Under the pieces are notes generated by a model. That model saw only the letters and a list, made by a program, of their open reading frames with translations. It was not told the origin of the DNA and ran no database searches. A DNA stretch of 64,000 nucleotides from an uncultured virus (IMG/VR IMGVR_UViG_3300030060_003974) (lineage: Duplodnaviria > Heunggongvirae > Uroviricota > Caudoviricetes). This document shows, in pieces, positions 28,059 through 38,130 of the stretch. The number at the start of each line of letters is the position of its first letter. The stretch's first letter is position 1. Where the stretch lies: IMG/VR virus record IMGVR_UViG_3300030060_003974, positions 1 through 64,000 of that record; one strand, 5' to 3'. Both the position numbers and the translations under genes were made by a program.

Positions 28059-29036
28059 ATGCCAGCAAATATTAATGAGGTAAGAAACACTGTTTTAGCT
28101 ATTGCCAATAAAAATAATTATGGCTACATATCTCCACAAGATTTTAACTTGTATGCTAAACAAGCACAAATGGATATGTTCGAAGATTATTTTTATCAAT
28201 TTAATAATTGGAAAAATAAACAAAACGCCAGAATATCAGGTACTGGGTATGCTGATATAGTTAAAGGATTAGTTGAAGTAATAGATTCATTTTCTGTAGA
28301 AGCTTTTTTAGTTCAAACTTTAGCTAATACATATCAATTACCAGCTGATTATTATTTAATTAACAAGATTTTTTATTACCCTAAAGTGCTTTCTAGCGGA
28401 ACAAACACTACGGTAACAGCATTTAAATTAACAGACTCGGCTGCAAGTTTTTCAAATTTAACCTCACCATACACTCCGCCTATTTCAAGCTTAATAGTTA
28501 ACACAACTACTTTAGGTCAGGCGTTTGTAACAAATGTAGACAACCCATCTGTACTGTCTATTAGCGGAAACATTATGAATTTAAATGATAGTTATGTTAT
28601 TTATGATAACACAAAAATTACAGAAGTAGAGAGAGTTAGTCAAAATAAAATATTTTATTTAACTAGCTCCCCACTAACCGCTCCTTCTGCCCAGTTTCCA
28701 GCTTACGTTCTAGACGGAAACACTGTGACTGTATACCCTACAGTATTAGGGCCTAATGTGGGGAGCAACATATTTAGTCAATGGACTGCTTCTAGTATAA
28801 TGTGTCAGTATGTAAGATACCCTCTTACGCCACAGTGGACGTATGTAACATTAACTGGAGGTGAGCCTTTATTTGACAACACTTCAGCTAGTTTTCAGGA
28901 ATTTGAATTGCCTGACTCAGACGAGCCAGCGCTAATTGCTAGAATTTGTCAGTATGTAGGTATAGAAATTAGAGAAGCTGATGTATATAATTTTGGAGAA
29001 AAAGAATTAATAGAAGAAACACAAACAACAACATAA
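28059..29036 (+). CDS. Tail adaptor / ring protein
   Basis: TYQLPADY, VTVYP, QYVRYP motifs of podovirus adaptor/ring proteins; TATATTTG at 28033-28040. Confidence 0.6.
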   Translation: MPANINEVRNTVLAIANKNNYGYISPQDFNLYAKQAQMDMFEDYFYQFNNWKNKQNARISGTGYADIVKGLVEVIDSFSVEAFLVQTLANTYQLPADYYLINKIFYYPKVLSSGTNTTVTAFKLTDSAASFSNLTSPYTPPISSLIVNTTTLGQAFVTNVDNPSVLSISGNIMNLNDSYVIYDNTKITEVERVSQNKIFYLTSSPLTAPSAQFPAYVLDGNTVTVYPTVLGPNVGSNIFSQWTASSIMCQYVRYPLTPQWTYVTLTGGEPLFDNTSASFQEFELPDSDEPALIARICQYVGIEIREADVYNFGEKELIEETQTTT

Positions 29037-29037
29037 C

Positions 29038-29961
29038 ATGGCATATATAAATGATTATCAATATTACGAGAACGGAGGAAATCTTCCTGCAGATGCTAAT
29101 TGGGGTTCGTATCAATATGTGTCGTTGGAAGAGGTCGTTAATAACTTCATGTTAATGTACACTGGTAACAATGAATTATTAAATAATGTTGAAAGATATC
29201 AGGTTTTGTTTTATGCAAAAAGAGGAATACAAGAGCTGAACTATGATGCTATGAAAGAGATTAAAATCTTAGAGTTAGATGTGTGTAATTCTTTAAGATT
29301 TGTTCTTCCTCAAGACTATGTAAACTGGGTTAGAATATCTATATATAAAAACCAGGTGTTACTACCTTTATCTGAAAACATACAAACACTTTGGAGTGGT
29401 GCGTATTTACAAGACAACAATTGTAACATTCTATTTGATCAAGACGGTAATGTGTTAAAACCACAGCATTCTTCTTTAGATATGGATAGAATAACTGGAA
29501 CGAAAAAAAGTATTTATCTTAATGAAGACAGTCCGTTCAATCAGCAACTAGGCTACAACGTAGATGGATACTGGTATTTTGATTATGCAATTGGAGCAAG
29601 GTTTGGATTAAATACAGAAACCGCTAATCAAAACCCAACATTTAGCATCGATAAAAAAGCTGGTGTTATCAATTTTAGCTCAGGGACATTAAATGAATTA
29701 GTTATTTTAGAATATGTATCAGATGGTATGGAGAGTGGTAATAATGCAAACATAGAAGTAAATAAACTTTTTGAAGATTATTTATATGCATATATTAGAT
29801 ATTCTCTGTTAAACGGAAGATTAGGAGTGCAAGAATACATAGTAAATAGAGCAAGAAAAGACAAGTCTTCTCTATTAAGAAATGCAAAAATAAGATTAAG
29901 TAATATACACCCTGGAAGACTCTTACAAAACTTAAGAGGTCAGGCTAAATGGATAAAGTAA
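29038..29961 (+). CDS. Tail adaptor / ring protein 2
   Basis: FVLPQDYVNWVRI, VILEYVSDG motifs; position before the nozzle gene. Confidence 0.6.
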   Translation: MAYINDYQYYENGGNLPADANWGSYQYVSLEEVVNNFMLMYTGNNELLNNVERYQVLFYAKRGIQELNYDAMKEIKILELDVCNSLRFVLPQDYVNWVRISIYKNQVLLPLSENIQTLWSGAYLQDNNCNILFDQDGNVLKPQHSSLDMDRITGTKKSIYLNEDSPFNQQLGYNVDGYWYFDYAIGARFGLNTETANQNPTFSIDKKAGVINFSSGTLNELVILEYVSDGMESGNNANIEVNKLFEDYLYAYIRYSLLNGRLGVQEYIVNRARKDKSSLLRNAKIRLSNIHPGRLLQNLRGQAKWIK

Positions 29962-29962
29962 T

Positions 29963-32900
29963 ATGGCTTTAATAAGCACAAATTTTGTACAAGGTAAGAT
30001 GAATAAGAGCGTTGATGAGCGCCTTATTCCTGAGGGTCAGTATATTGACGCTATGAATGTGCGTTTAGGGTCTACTGAAACCACTGAAATAGGTGCTGTA
30101 GAAAACTCTAGAGGTAATACTCAGCTAACTAATATTTCTGATTTAGGAGGTAACCCAAGATGTATTGGAGCTTATGATGATGGTATAAGCGAAACTATGT
30201 ATTGGTTTATTACATCTGACACAACAGATATGATTGTGTCTTACCATACCCCTACACAAGTAACTACTAAACATGTAGTTTCTGTAAGTGTATTAAATTT
30301 TAATTCTCAGTATTTAGTAACAGGTGTAAACTTAATAGAAGACTTGTTGTTTTTTACAGACGATTTTAACCCACCTAGAAAGATAAATATAAACAGGAAT
30401 TACCCTGAACCAAGTGGAAGTCCTTTAGTAGATAATATTACACCTGAAGATTTAAACGTAATACTAAAACCGCCAGGATACGAGCCTTTAGACAACTTAC
30501 CAGCGCCTGATGTTAGTTTATTAAATATTCCAGGAGAAGAAAATTATATTGAAGATAGGTTTGTATCTTTTGGTTACAGATATAGATATCAAGATAAAGA
30601 ATATAGCGCTACATCTTTATTTACAGTTCCTGCTTTTCAACCAGGCACTTTTAGTTTAGACCCTAATAATTATAATAACAGAGGAATGGTAAACAACTTT
30701 AACTCTGCTAATGTAACTTTTGATACAGGGCCTTCAAGAGTAATTGAAATTGATGTGTTATATAAACTAACTACCTCTACTACTATTTATGTAATAGAAA
30801 GATTTGTTAAAGAAGATTTAGGGTGGGGTGATAACACTAACCAAACAATTTTATTTACTAACAGTAAAATATATACAACTTTAGGATCAGACGAACTATT
30901 AAGATTGTATGATAATGTTCCACGTCTAGCAAAAGCACAAACCATTATGGCTAACCGTTTGGTGTACGGAAATAATGTGGACGGATATAATATAGCAAAT
31001 TCAGCTGGACAAACACTTTCTCAAAATTTTAACACTAGCTTAGTAAGCACTGAGCTTTCTTTAACTGAAGGCCCAAGCCCATCTTTTAACACATCCGTTT
31101 CTGGTAACGCCAACTCAATTGATTATGATATAAACCCAAACAGTCTAAACTTTACATATGCTAATAGTACAGTTACTTTTGACTTATCAGACTTTGTAGC
31201 TAATGTTCCAGCTGGCCTTCCAAATAAACTTTTAAAAGGAACTCAGCTTAACTTTAATTTTAATGTTGAAAGTTACACATGGCAATCAACCTCAACTGAT
31301 GTAACAGGAACTACAGTTACCACCTGTACAGCAGCGGGTGCGCCTATAGCAGACTGTTCTTGTTTTCCTACATGGAGCGGAACAGACTCTCCTTTTGATA
31401 TATCTTTTACTTTTAGATTAAACCAAGACTACACTTCTGTTTTTGATATGGTGAATAGTTCTGAGTTTCAAGCACAAGTAGGAACTCAGTTAAATCTTAA
31501 TATGACTGCAATCTCAGCGTGTGGAACTGCTAATCAAGGAACATCTATGGCTGATAACTTTAATTGTTCTGTGGCTATACCAACTGTATGTGCATATACA
31601 AAATTTAATAGTAGTATAAATTCTGCCGCCCAACAAGGTTTTAGGTTAACTACAACACCAGGAAGCAATCAGTTCTCATTGCAATTAATTGCAATGAATT
31701 CACGATTTGTAGATGGAGGAGGAATTACTCATAATGTGTATGAATACTTTAGGTTTGTAAACGCTAGTTTTTTCTATATTAGCGACCAAAACACTTCAAG
31801 CCTACATAGTAATAGAGATTATGAAACAGGTATTGTTTATCTTGATGATTACGGAAGAGCGTCTACAGTTTTAGTTTCTTTATTTAACACTGTATTTGTT
31901 CCACCAGCTCAGTCTATTGATAAAAATCAAATACAAGTAACTGTACCTGCTTTTGACCAGCCTCCATACTGGGCTAACTCATATAAATTTGTAGTAAAAC
32001 CAAGCTCGACAACTTACGAAACTATTTTTGTAAACTTCTTTTATGTTGACCCGCTTACTAATATTACTTATTTTAAATTAGAAGGTGATAATATAAATAA
32101 AGTAAGAACAGGACAAACCTTAATTGTAAAGAAAGATACTAACGGGCCGACAACACAAGAAATTAAAGTAACCGTATTAGATACGTCAGCTCAAGGAAGA
32201 AACTTTTTAAACTCCGACCCTACAACCCCTACACCAGCAACATTTGTTCAATTAGCTGGGTATTATATGCAGTTAAAAGCTATTAACTTTTCAGCTGCCG
32301 CACAAGATGGTGATGTAATAGAAACTTGGCCTACTAAAAGTGCAGGTCAAATACAAACAGGGGTTTTTCCTTGTTCAGGTGGTTATGATTGGATTGGTAC
32401 AAGATCAAGACAAAATATAGCGTCTGTTAATTACAATAGATGGATGTATAGACTGGCTCAGTTTGACGACTTGAATAACCCTGATTATAACAATATGAGT
32501 AATATTGATTTACCTGCAGGGTCAGTAGTGCAAATTAAAATTGAAAACAAAAGAAATGAAAGAGGAAGTAAGTGTGAAGGGTTGGAATATATATATGACA
32601 AACAATATGTTGTGTCGCAAGACTATGCTTCTTTTAGCGCTTGGTGGTTTGGTGACAACATCGCTATTGATACAGGAGATGTAATCGCTGGTAACTTAAC
32701 AAACACTTTTAATAATACTGCAACTATACCTCCTTGTAAATCTGACATCCCAGACCCTCCTGGATTTGGACAAACACAATATCATTTTATAAAAGACTCA
32801 AACGGTATTGAATATTTTGCAATTGCAGTTGCTATCCCAGCCTGTGCAGGATCTGTATTTGCAACCGTAAGAGACTCAATATCTTCAATGGAGCTTGTAG

Positions 32901-35089
32901 TGTACAGAGCAGATAATGCAATTATATTCGAAACTGAACCAGCTGATGCTGACCCAGACTTGTTTTATGATTCGTCAGAAAAATATCCAGTTGTTCACGG
33001 AACTCAAAGAGCTTATCACGCAACAGGCCCTGTAAAAGCTAACTCAACAACGACTAGCGCTTCAGCTAATAAATTAATTGACAGTACAGCAAGTTTTATT
33101 GGGGTAGTTGCTGTAGGTGATTACGTATATAATACCACTACAGCTGGAACTCCCAATACAGCTTTAGTTACAGCGATAGATAGCGGCACTCAATTATCTT
33201 TAGATGCTAATATTTTTATTTCAGGTGCTGAAAACTACACAATAATAAGACCTTATGCGGGTAACACAAATCAAAACAACACAACTAATGCCGAAATAGT
33301 ATTGCCTTTTATGAATTGCTATACATTTGGAAATGGAGTTGAAAGTTTTAAAATAAAAGACGCTTTAGATGGAAGGTCTTTTAGTTTAGGAGAAAGAGTT
33401 TTAGCTGTATCAAACGCTGATTATAAAGAGGCGGATAGATTTGCAGGACTAACATATAGTGGATTATATAGTGGAACAAATAATTTAAATAATTTAAATG
33501 AGTTTAATTTAGGTCTAGCTAATTTTAAAGACTGCGAAACTTCATTTGGCCCTATACAGTATTTACACGCAAGAAAGACAGATATACTTACTCTTCAAGA
33601 AGACAGAATAACATATGTTTATGCGGGTAAAAACATACTAACAGATGCAGTTGGTGGAGGCTTAGTTACCTCAGTACCTGAGGTTTTAGGTGAGCAAATC
33701 GCAAGAATAGAAGAATATGGAATTAGTTTTAATCCAGAAAGTTTTGCTTCATTTGGTTATGACATGTACTTTACAGATACTAAGCGTGGAGCTGTTCTTC
33801 AGTTAAGCGGATCAAGCGCCTCTAACGATGTATTAAATGTGATTTCAGAACAAGGAATGCGTTCATGGTTTAGGGATCAGTTTTACGCACAACTTTTAAC
33901 TCAAAAAATAGGAGGTTACGACCCTTATATGCAAGAATATGTGTTAAACAGCAACACTATAGAAGTTCCTTTTGAAGCACCTAAAGTTCCTTGCGGTCAA
34001 GTATTAACTCAATCAAGCAGAACCACACCTTATGAATACACAGTGGATTCAGGGAACGTAATTGGCACGGTAGCTATTAATTTAACTGTTGCTGGAGGAA
34101 GTGGAGATGTACAATTAACAGCGGTTTGGAACGGTATTAGTTTCCCTAATGCGCCTGTAGGCCCTGGGACGTATAACTTTACAGTTAATAAAACAGCTAA
34201 TTCTCCTAGCGATATAATCGTAACAGTTACTCCTTCAAGCACAGCAACCTACACAGTCGAAGTTAAATGCCCTCCACCTGTTTATATTACTGTAACTCAA
34301 GTGGTAGTAACCACAGCTCAGGATGTTGGAAAATATATTCACGCAGAATATTACTGGTCAAATAACGTAGTAACAAGCCCTATCTCAAGTTCAATGGTTA
34401 CTTTCGGAAGCAGCACCACAACAGCTTCACTTTTCTATTCTCAAACAGGAGTGCGTTCTGTAGGTGTTTTCCCTTATGATGGGGTAAATTTAATTTTAAG
34501 AAGCAATAAAATTAATTTTGACGACTTTGATTTTGATTCTGCAAGTAATAAGTTTAGATGGTTAAGCACAAACACGGTTTATCAAAACACACCAACTGAC
34601 ATCCAAACATTACTTACTGGAAGTAATAATATTACACCTATAACTAACCCGCAAACTGGTTTATACCAAGCGCAAGTAACTGGAGCTAGTATACCAGCTA
34701 ATCAAACTCAATTATATTTGGTGTATGATTTAAGAGAAGTAACAGCTCAAAAACTTTGTTATAGCGCAGTAAGTGCAGCAGAAGCTTGTTGTGATTGTTT
34801 AAGTACAGGTGATGGATGTACAGCTGACCCAGCGTGTTGTTTTGGGTGTACGTCTTTTGCGGCATCGCAATTAAGATACACTCCAGCTGATGCGTGTGTT
34901 GCGCCAGATGGATCAAATCTTTATCATTCAGGAACTGGTACTTACCCAATAATTGGTGATATCGTATATTCTTCTACTACTTGTGATAGTGGATCACATG
35001 TAGCTCAAGGATATTATAAAGTAAAAGTAGAAAACACAGTAATAGAAGTAGGAGTTCAAGGATTAGTAATTAGTAAAACAACATGTTAA
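29963..35089 (+). CDS. Tail nozzle / stabilisation protein (1708 aa) with inserted domains
   Basis: GKMNKSVDERLIPEGQYIDAMN N-terminus, NRLVYGN, EYGISFNPESF, GMRSWF motifs; Cys-rich C-terminus. Confidence 0.7.
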   Translation: MALISTNFVQGKMNKSVDERLIPEGQYIDAMNVRLGSTETTEIGAVENSRGNTQLTNISDLGGNPRCIGAYDDGISETMYWFITSDTTDMIVSYHTPTQVTTKHVVSVSVLNFNSQYLVTGVNLIEDLLFFTDDFNPPRKININRNYPEPSGSPLVDNITPEDLNVILKPPGYEPLDNLPAPDVSLLNIPGEENYIEDRFVSFGYRYRYQDKEYSATSLFTVPAFQPGTFSLDPNNYNNRGMVNNFNSANVTFDTGPSRVIEIDVLYKLTTSTTIYVIERFVKEDLGWGDNTNQTILFTNSKIYTTLGSDELLRLYDNVPRLAKAQTIMANRLVYGNNVDGYNIANSAGQTLSQNFNTSLVSTELSLTEGPSPSFNTSVSGNANSIDYDINPNSLNFTYANSTVTFDLSDFVANVPAGLPNKLLKGTQLNFNFNVESYTWQSTSTDVTGTTVTTCTAAGAPIADCSCFPTWSGTDSPFDISFTFRLNQDYTSVFDMVNSSEFQAQVGTQLNLNMTAISACGTANQGTSMADNFNCSVAIPTVCAYTKFNSSINSAAQQGFRLTTTPGSNQFSLQLIAMNSRFVDGGGITHNVYEYFRFVNASFFYISDQNTSSLHSNRDYETGIVYLDDYGRASTVLVSLFNTVFVPPAQSIDKNQIQVTVPAFDQPPYWANSYKFVVKPSSTTYETIFVNFFYVDPLTNITYFKLEGDNINKVRTGQTLIVKKDTNGPTTQEIKVTVLDTSAQGRNFLNSDPTTPTPATFVQLAGYYMQLKAINFSAAAQDGDVIETWPTKSAGQIQTGVFPCSGGYDWIGTRSRQNIASVNYNRWMYRLAQFDDLNNPDYNNMSNIDLPAGSVVQIKIENKRNERGSKCEGLEYIYDKQYVVSQDYASFSAWWFGDNIAIDTGDVIAGNLTNTFNNTATIPPCKSDIPDPPGFGQTQYHFIKDSNGIEYFAIAVAIPACAGSVFATVRDSISSMELVVYRADNAIIFETEPADADPDLFYDSSEKYPVVHGTQRAYHATGPVKANSTTTSASANKLIDSTASFIGVVAVGDYVYNTTTAGTPNTALVTAIDSGTQLSLDANIFISGAENYTIIRPYAGNTNQNNTTNAEIVLPFMNCYTFGNGVESFKIKDALDGRSFSLGERVLAVSNADYKEADRFAGLTYSGLYSGTNNLNNLNEFNLGLANFKDCETSFGPIQYLHARKTDILTLQEDRITYVYAGKNILTDAVGGGLVTSVPEVLGEQIARIEEYGISFNPESFASFGYDMYFTDTKRGAVLQLSGSSASNDVLNVISEQGMRSWFRDQFYAQLLTQKIGGYDPYMQEYVLNSNTIEVPFEAPKVPCGQVLTQSSRTTPYEYTVDSGNVIGTVAINLTVAGGSGDVQLTAVWNGISFPNAPVGPGTYNFTVNKTANSPSDIIVTVTPSSTATYTVEVKCPPPVYITVTQVVVTTAQDVGKYIHAEYYWSNNVVTSPISSSMVTFGSSTTTASLFYSQTGVRSVGVFPYDGVNLILRSNKINFDDFDFDSASNKFRWLSTNTVYQNTPTDIQTLLTGSNNITPITNPQTGLYQAQVTGASIPANQTQLYLVYDLREVTAQKLCYSAVSAAEACCDCLSTGDGCTADPACCFGCTSFAASQLRYTPADACVAPDGSNLYHSGTGTYPIIGDIVYSSTTCDSGSHVAQGYYKVKVENTVIEVGVQGLVISKTTC

Positions 35090-35092
35090 GTT

Positions 35093-36085
35093 ATGGCAGG
35101 ATGTATAGGAACATATTATTATGATGGTACGAGTTTTTCCAGCTCGACATCAATTTATACCAACGCTTCACTATCAACAGTAGCAGCGGATGGATGGTAT
35201 AGTTTAAATGGAATAAGTAGGGAAATGGTTGGAGGTGTGTTACAAGGCCCACTCGCCTGTGTCACATGTGCTTCTCCATGTACTGTAACACCGTCAGCAA
35301 ACAGTTCTGGTAGGGGTCAGTTTAAAGCAACAATCGATTTAGGTACAGCTACAGGAGCTGTTATATTAAAGTTTAGACCACAGGGTATTCCTGATAAATT
35401 AACCTGGACTTATGACAGTACAACTGCATCGGAATACTCTTCACCAGCTTATGGTTATTTACAAGGCTTAATAGGTCAAATTGCAGCTGCAGGATTGACA
35501 TCTTGCGATAGTAATTTAGGTTTAGGAAGTGGTCTTGACAATGCAACTGGAAGTAATGGAGGGTCTTATCCAAACACTCCTGTTTATAATTGGGATGCTG
35601 GAAGTAATTCTTTTGTAGCTTCAGGCCAAACAACAACATTAGGCCCTTATACTAATCAAGCCGCAGGAGGTGTAGATTTTACAGCCAACCCCCCAGCAGC
35701 TTCAAATGGTTGGGTATTTATGGTAGTACCAAAACCGAATGCAACACCAACTCAAATGTTAATAGATGTTGAAGCTCCTTGTAATGGTACAGCGTGGAGT
35801 ATGCAAAGCTCTTGTCCAGCGGCTTTAACTGGAAACTCTACATTTACCGTAGCAAAAGCTTCTGCAACTTTAGCATGTGCTGAAACCACTAGAGCAACAA
35901 CTTTATATAATGTGCCAGTTAACGGAACTGCAGGTGTACCAGGACTGTACGACTGGGTATTTACTGATCCTAATGGAGTCACTCCAGCATTAGGGTTTTA
36001 TTCAAGCGGCCCTCAAGGGACAGGCGCACCATGGATAGAAGTAGGAACAGATGGAGTAGTAGTAGCAACAGGAACTTGTCCGTAA
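35093..36085 (+). CDS. Gly/Thr/Cys-rich tail-associated protein
   Basis: C-terminus (IEVGTDGVVVATGTC) resembles the end of the nozzle protein (IEVGVQGLVISKTTC). Confidence 0.6.
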   Translation: MAGCIGTYYYDGTSFSSSTSIYTNASLSTVAADGWYSLNGISREMVGGVLQGPLACVTCASPCTVTPSANSSGRGQFKATIDLGTATGAVILKFRPQGIPDKLTWTYDSTTASEYSSPAYGYLQGLIGQIAAAGLTSCDSNLGLGSGLDNATGSNGGSYPNTPVYNWDAGSNSFVASGQTTTLGPYTNQAAGGVDFTANPPAASNGWVFMVVPKPNATPTQMLIDVEAPCNGTAWSMQSSCPAALTGNSTFTVAKASATLACAETTRATTLYNVPVNGTAGVPGLYDWVFTDPNGVTPALGFYSSGPQGTGAPWIEVGTDGVVVATGTCP

Positions 36086-36095
36086 AAAATTAATT

Positions 36096-36884
36096 ATGTC
36101 AGGAACATCAATACCAACTTGTCCAACGCTATCTTATAGCGGGCCTCCAGTAAATGGATGGCCATCTTTTTATTCCTTTTGTCCTGATTGGATGCAAGGG
36201 ATGAATAACTTTTTTTACAGTTTTAAAGCTGGGCAATTATATAGACATAATACCAATAATGCTAGAAATACTTATTACGGAGTGTTTAGTCCTTCAACAA
36301 TTACAGGTGTATTTAATGCTGAATCTCAAACAATAAAACTGTTTAAAACAATGTCTTTGGAGTCTAATGCTTCTTGGGCAGCCACTGAATTATTTACAGA
36401 TTTAAGCACAGGATCAATGCTTAATACATATTTTGAAGAAAAAGAAGGAGAGTGGTTTTCTTTTATTAGAGCCAATGCAGGAACTATAAATTGGAATATG
36501 CGTTCAGCAAATGGTATAGGAAATAACAATGCAGTGTCAGGGCCTTTAGCAGCTACAGTAATAGGTTTTGCTGCGCCAAATTCACCAGGCTTTATAATAT
36601 CTGTAGGAGATAACGCTTATTATAATAACGGAGGTGTACCTGTACTTATAGGGCCTGTAACCGCAATAAATAACAGTAACACAGTTAACCAATCAACTAT
36701 AACAGTAGATGGTTCAGGTAATGCGCAACCACCTATAGGCTCATTTATAATGTATATTAAAAATGCTGTAGCTGAATCACATGGAGCTAGGGGTTATTAT
36801 ATGCAATTTACAATTTCAAACTCTTTAACTACGCCTGTTGAATTATTTGCTGTAGGTAGTAGTGTGATGAAAAGTTATCCATAG
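36096..36884 (+). CDS. Tail protein resembling a split-off C-terminal nozzle segment
   Basis: GWPSFYSF.PDWM, KLFKTMSLES, EKEGEWF, GARGYY motifs. Confidence 0.5.
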   Translation: MSGTSIPTCPTLSYSGPPVNGWPSFYSFCPDWMQGMNNFFYSFKAGQLYRHNTNNARNTYYGVFSPSTITGVFNAESQTIKLFKTMSLESNASWAATELFTDLSTGSMLNTYFEEKEGEWFSFIRANAGTINWNMRSANGIGNNNAVSGPLAATVIGFAAPNSPGFIISVGDNAYYNNGGVPVLIGPVTAINNSNTVNQSTITVDGSGNAQPPIGSFIMYIKNAVAESHGARGYYMQFTISNSLTTPVELFAVGSSVMKSYP

Positions 36885-36905
36885 ATTTTTATTATCTTTG
36901 CGTAA

Positions 36906-37316
36906 ATGGATTTATATATTAGAGTATTAAAAGAAGGAGATTACGAAAATATATTAGTAGATTGGTGGAAAGATTGGCGATGGACTCCTCCTTCAAAAGA
37001 ATTTTTACCTGATGATGGTAAGGGTGGGTATATAGTTTATGACGGTGAAGTGCCTGTATGCGCAGGATTTATGTATCTTACAAACTCAAAAGTAGTGTGG
37101 TGTGATTGGATAGTTTCTAATTTTCACTATAAAGATAAAGACAAAAGAAAAGAGGCTATTTATTTATTAATAGCAACTATAAGCCAAATGGCAAAAGATT
37201 TAGAAAAAAAATATGTTTATGCTTTGTTAAAAAATCAACCTTTAATAAACGCATACAAACAGCTAGGGTATCAAGAAGGAAGTACTTATACTCAAGAAAT
37301 GATAAAAATATTATAA
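36906..37316 (+). CDS. GNAT-fold acetyltransferase-like protein
   Basis: Size, position before the ejection genes, AYKQLGY motif; TATCTTTG at 36893-36900. Confidence 0.55.
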   Translation: MDLYIRVLKEGDYENILVDWWKDWRWTPPSKEFLPDDGKGGYIVYDGEVPVCAGFMYLTNSKVVWCDWIVSNFHYKDKDKRKEAIYLLIATISQMAKDLEKKYVYALLKNQPLINAYKQLGYQEGSTYTQEMIKIL

Positions 37317-37317
37317 T

Positions 37318-38121
37318 ATGGCAGCAGTAACATCAGCAATAGTAGGGGTAGCTTCAGGAGCTTTCGGTGCTTATCAGTCGTTTTCTCAAGCGGCAGCAGC
37401 AAAATCAGCTGCAGCTAAAGCCGCTAAAGATTCAAAAAAATTAATGGCGGAAGCAAAGATTATGGCTGAGAAAAATTATTTCGAAGGATTAAATGTTCCT
37501 ATGGATGCATATGAAAGACAAAGAGAAGAAAATTTAGTAGCTGGACAACAAGCTATTTCAGCATTACAAGAAGGGGATCAAAGAGCTTTAGCTGGAGGAG
37601 TAGGAGCAGTAAATCAAGCACAATCAGTGGCTTCAGAAAAATTAAGAGGAGACTTAGGTCAAGCATTATATGATAATGAAAAAATGAAAGCTGAAGAACG
37701 TAAGTCTATTAATGAAAACTTAATAGCAGCAAATGTTGGTGAGGCTAAAGATTTAAGAGCTGAAGCAGATTATCAAGAAAAAGCTAGAAAACAATCTATG
37801 CTGTCGGGAGTTACTTCGGCTTTAGGAGCTGTAAGTTCTGCAGCAGATCTAGTTCCTTTATATGGTAAGAGTCAGTCTTCTAAAAGAGCGGAAGGTATTT
37901 ATAAAGCAAACGAAAAAGCATTTAAAGAAAGAGGTATAGGTTCAGCAAGAGCGCAAAGATTATTATCTAATTTAGATAAAAATCAATTAAAAGATTTATC
38001 TAAAGAGGGCGCTATGTTTGATTTTGACACTATTTTTGGTAAAGGTAGAAAAAATGCTGCTGGAACAATGACGTTGTACGATGGAGACATAGGATTCTAT
38101 GATGATCCTTCAGACGATTAA
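37318..38121 (+). CDS. Internal virion / ejection protein 1
   Basis: Ala/Gly-rich hydrophobic N-terminus; helical Q/A-rich body. Confidence 0.7.
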   Translation: MAAVTSAIVGVASGAFGAYQSFSQAAAAKSAAAKAAKDSKKLMAEAKIMAEKNYFEGLNVPMDAYERQREENLVAGQQAISALQEGDQRALAGGVGAVNQAQSVASEKLRGDLGQALYDNEKMKAEERKSINENLIAANVGEAKDLRAEADYQEKARKQSMLSGVTSALGAVSSAADLVPLYGKSQSSKRAEGIYKANEKAFKERGIGSARAQRLLSNLDKNQLKDLSKEGAMFDFDTIFGKGRKNAAGTMTLYDGDIGFYDDPSDD

Positions 38122-38130
38122 AATAAAAAT

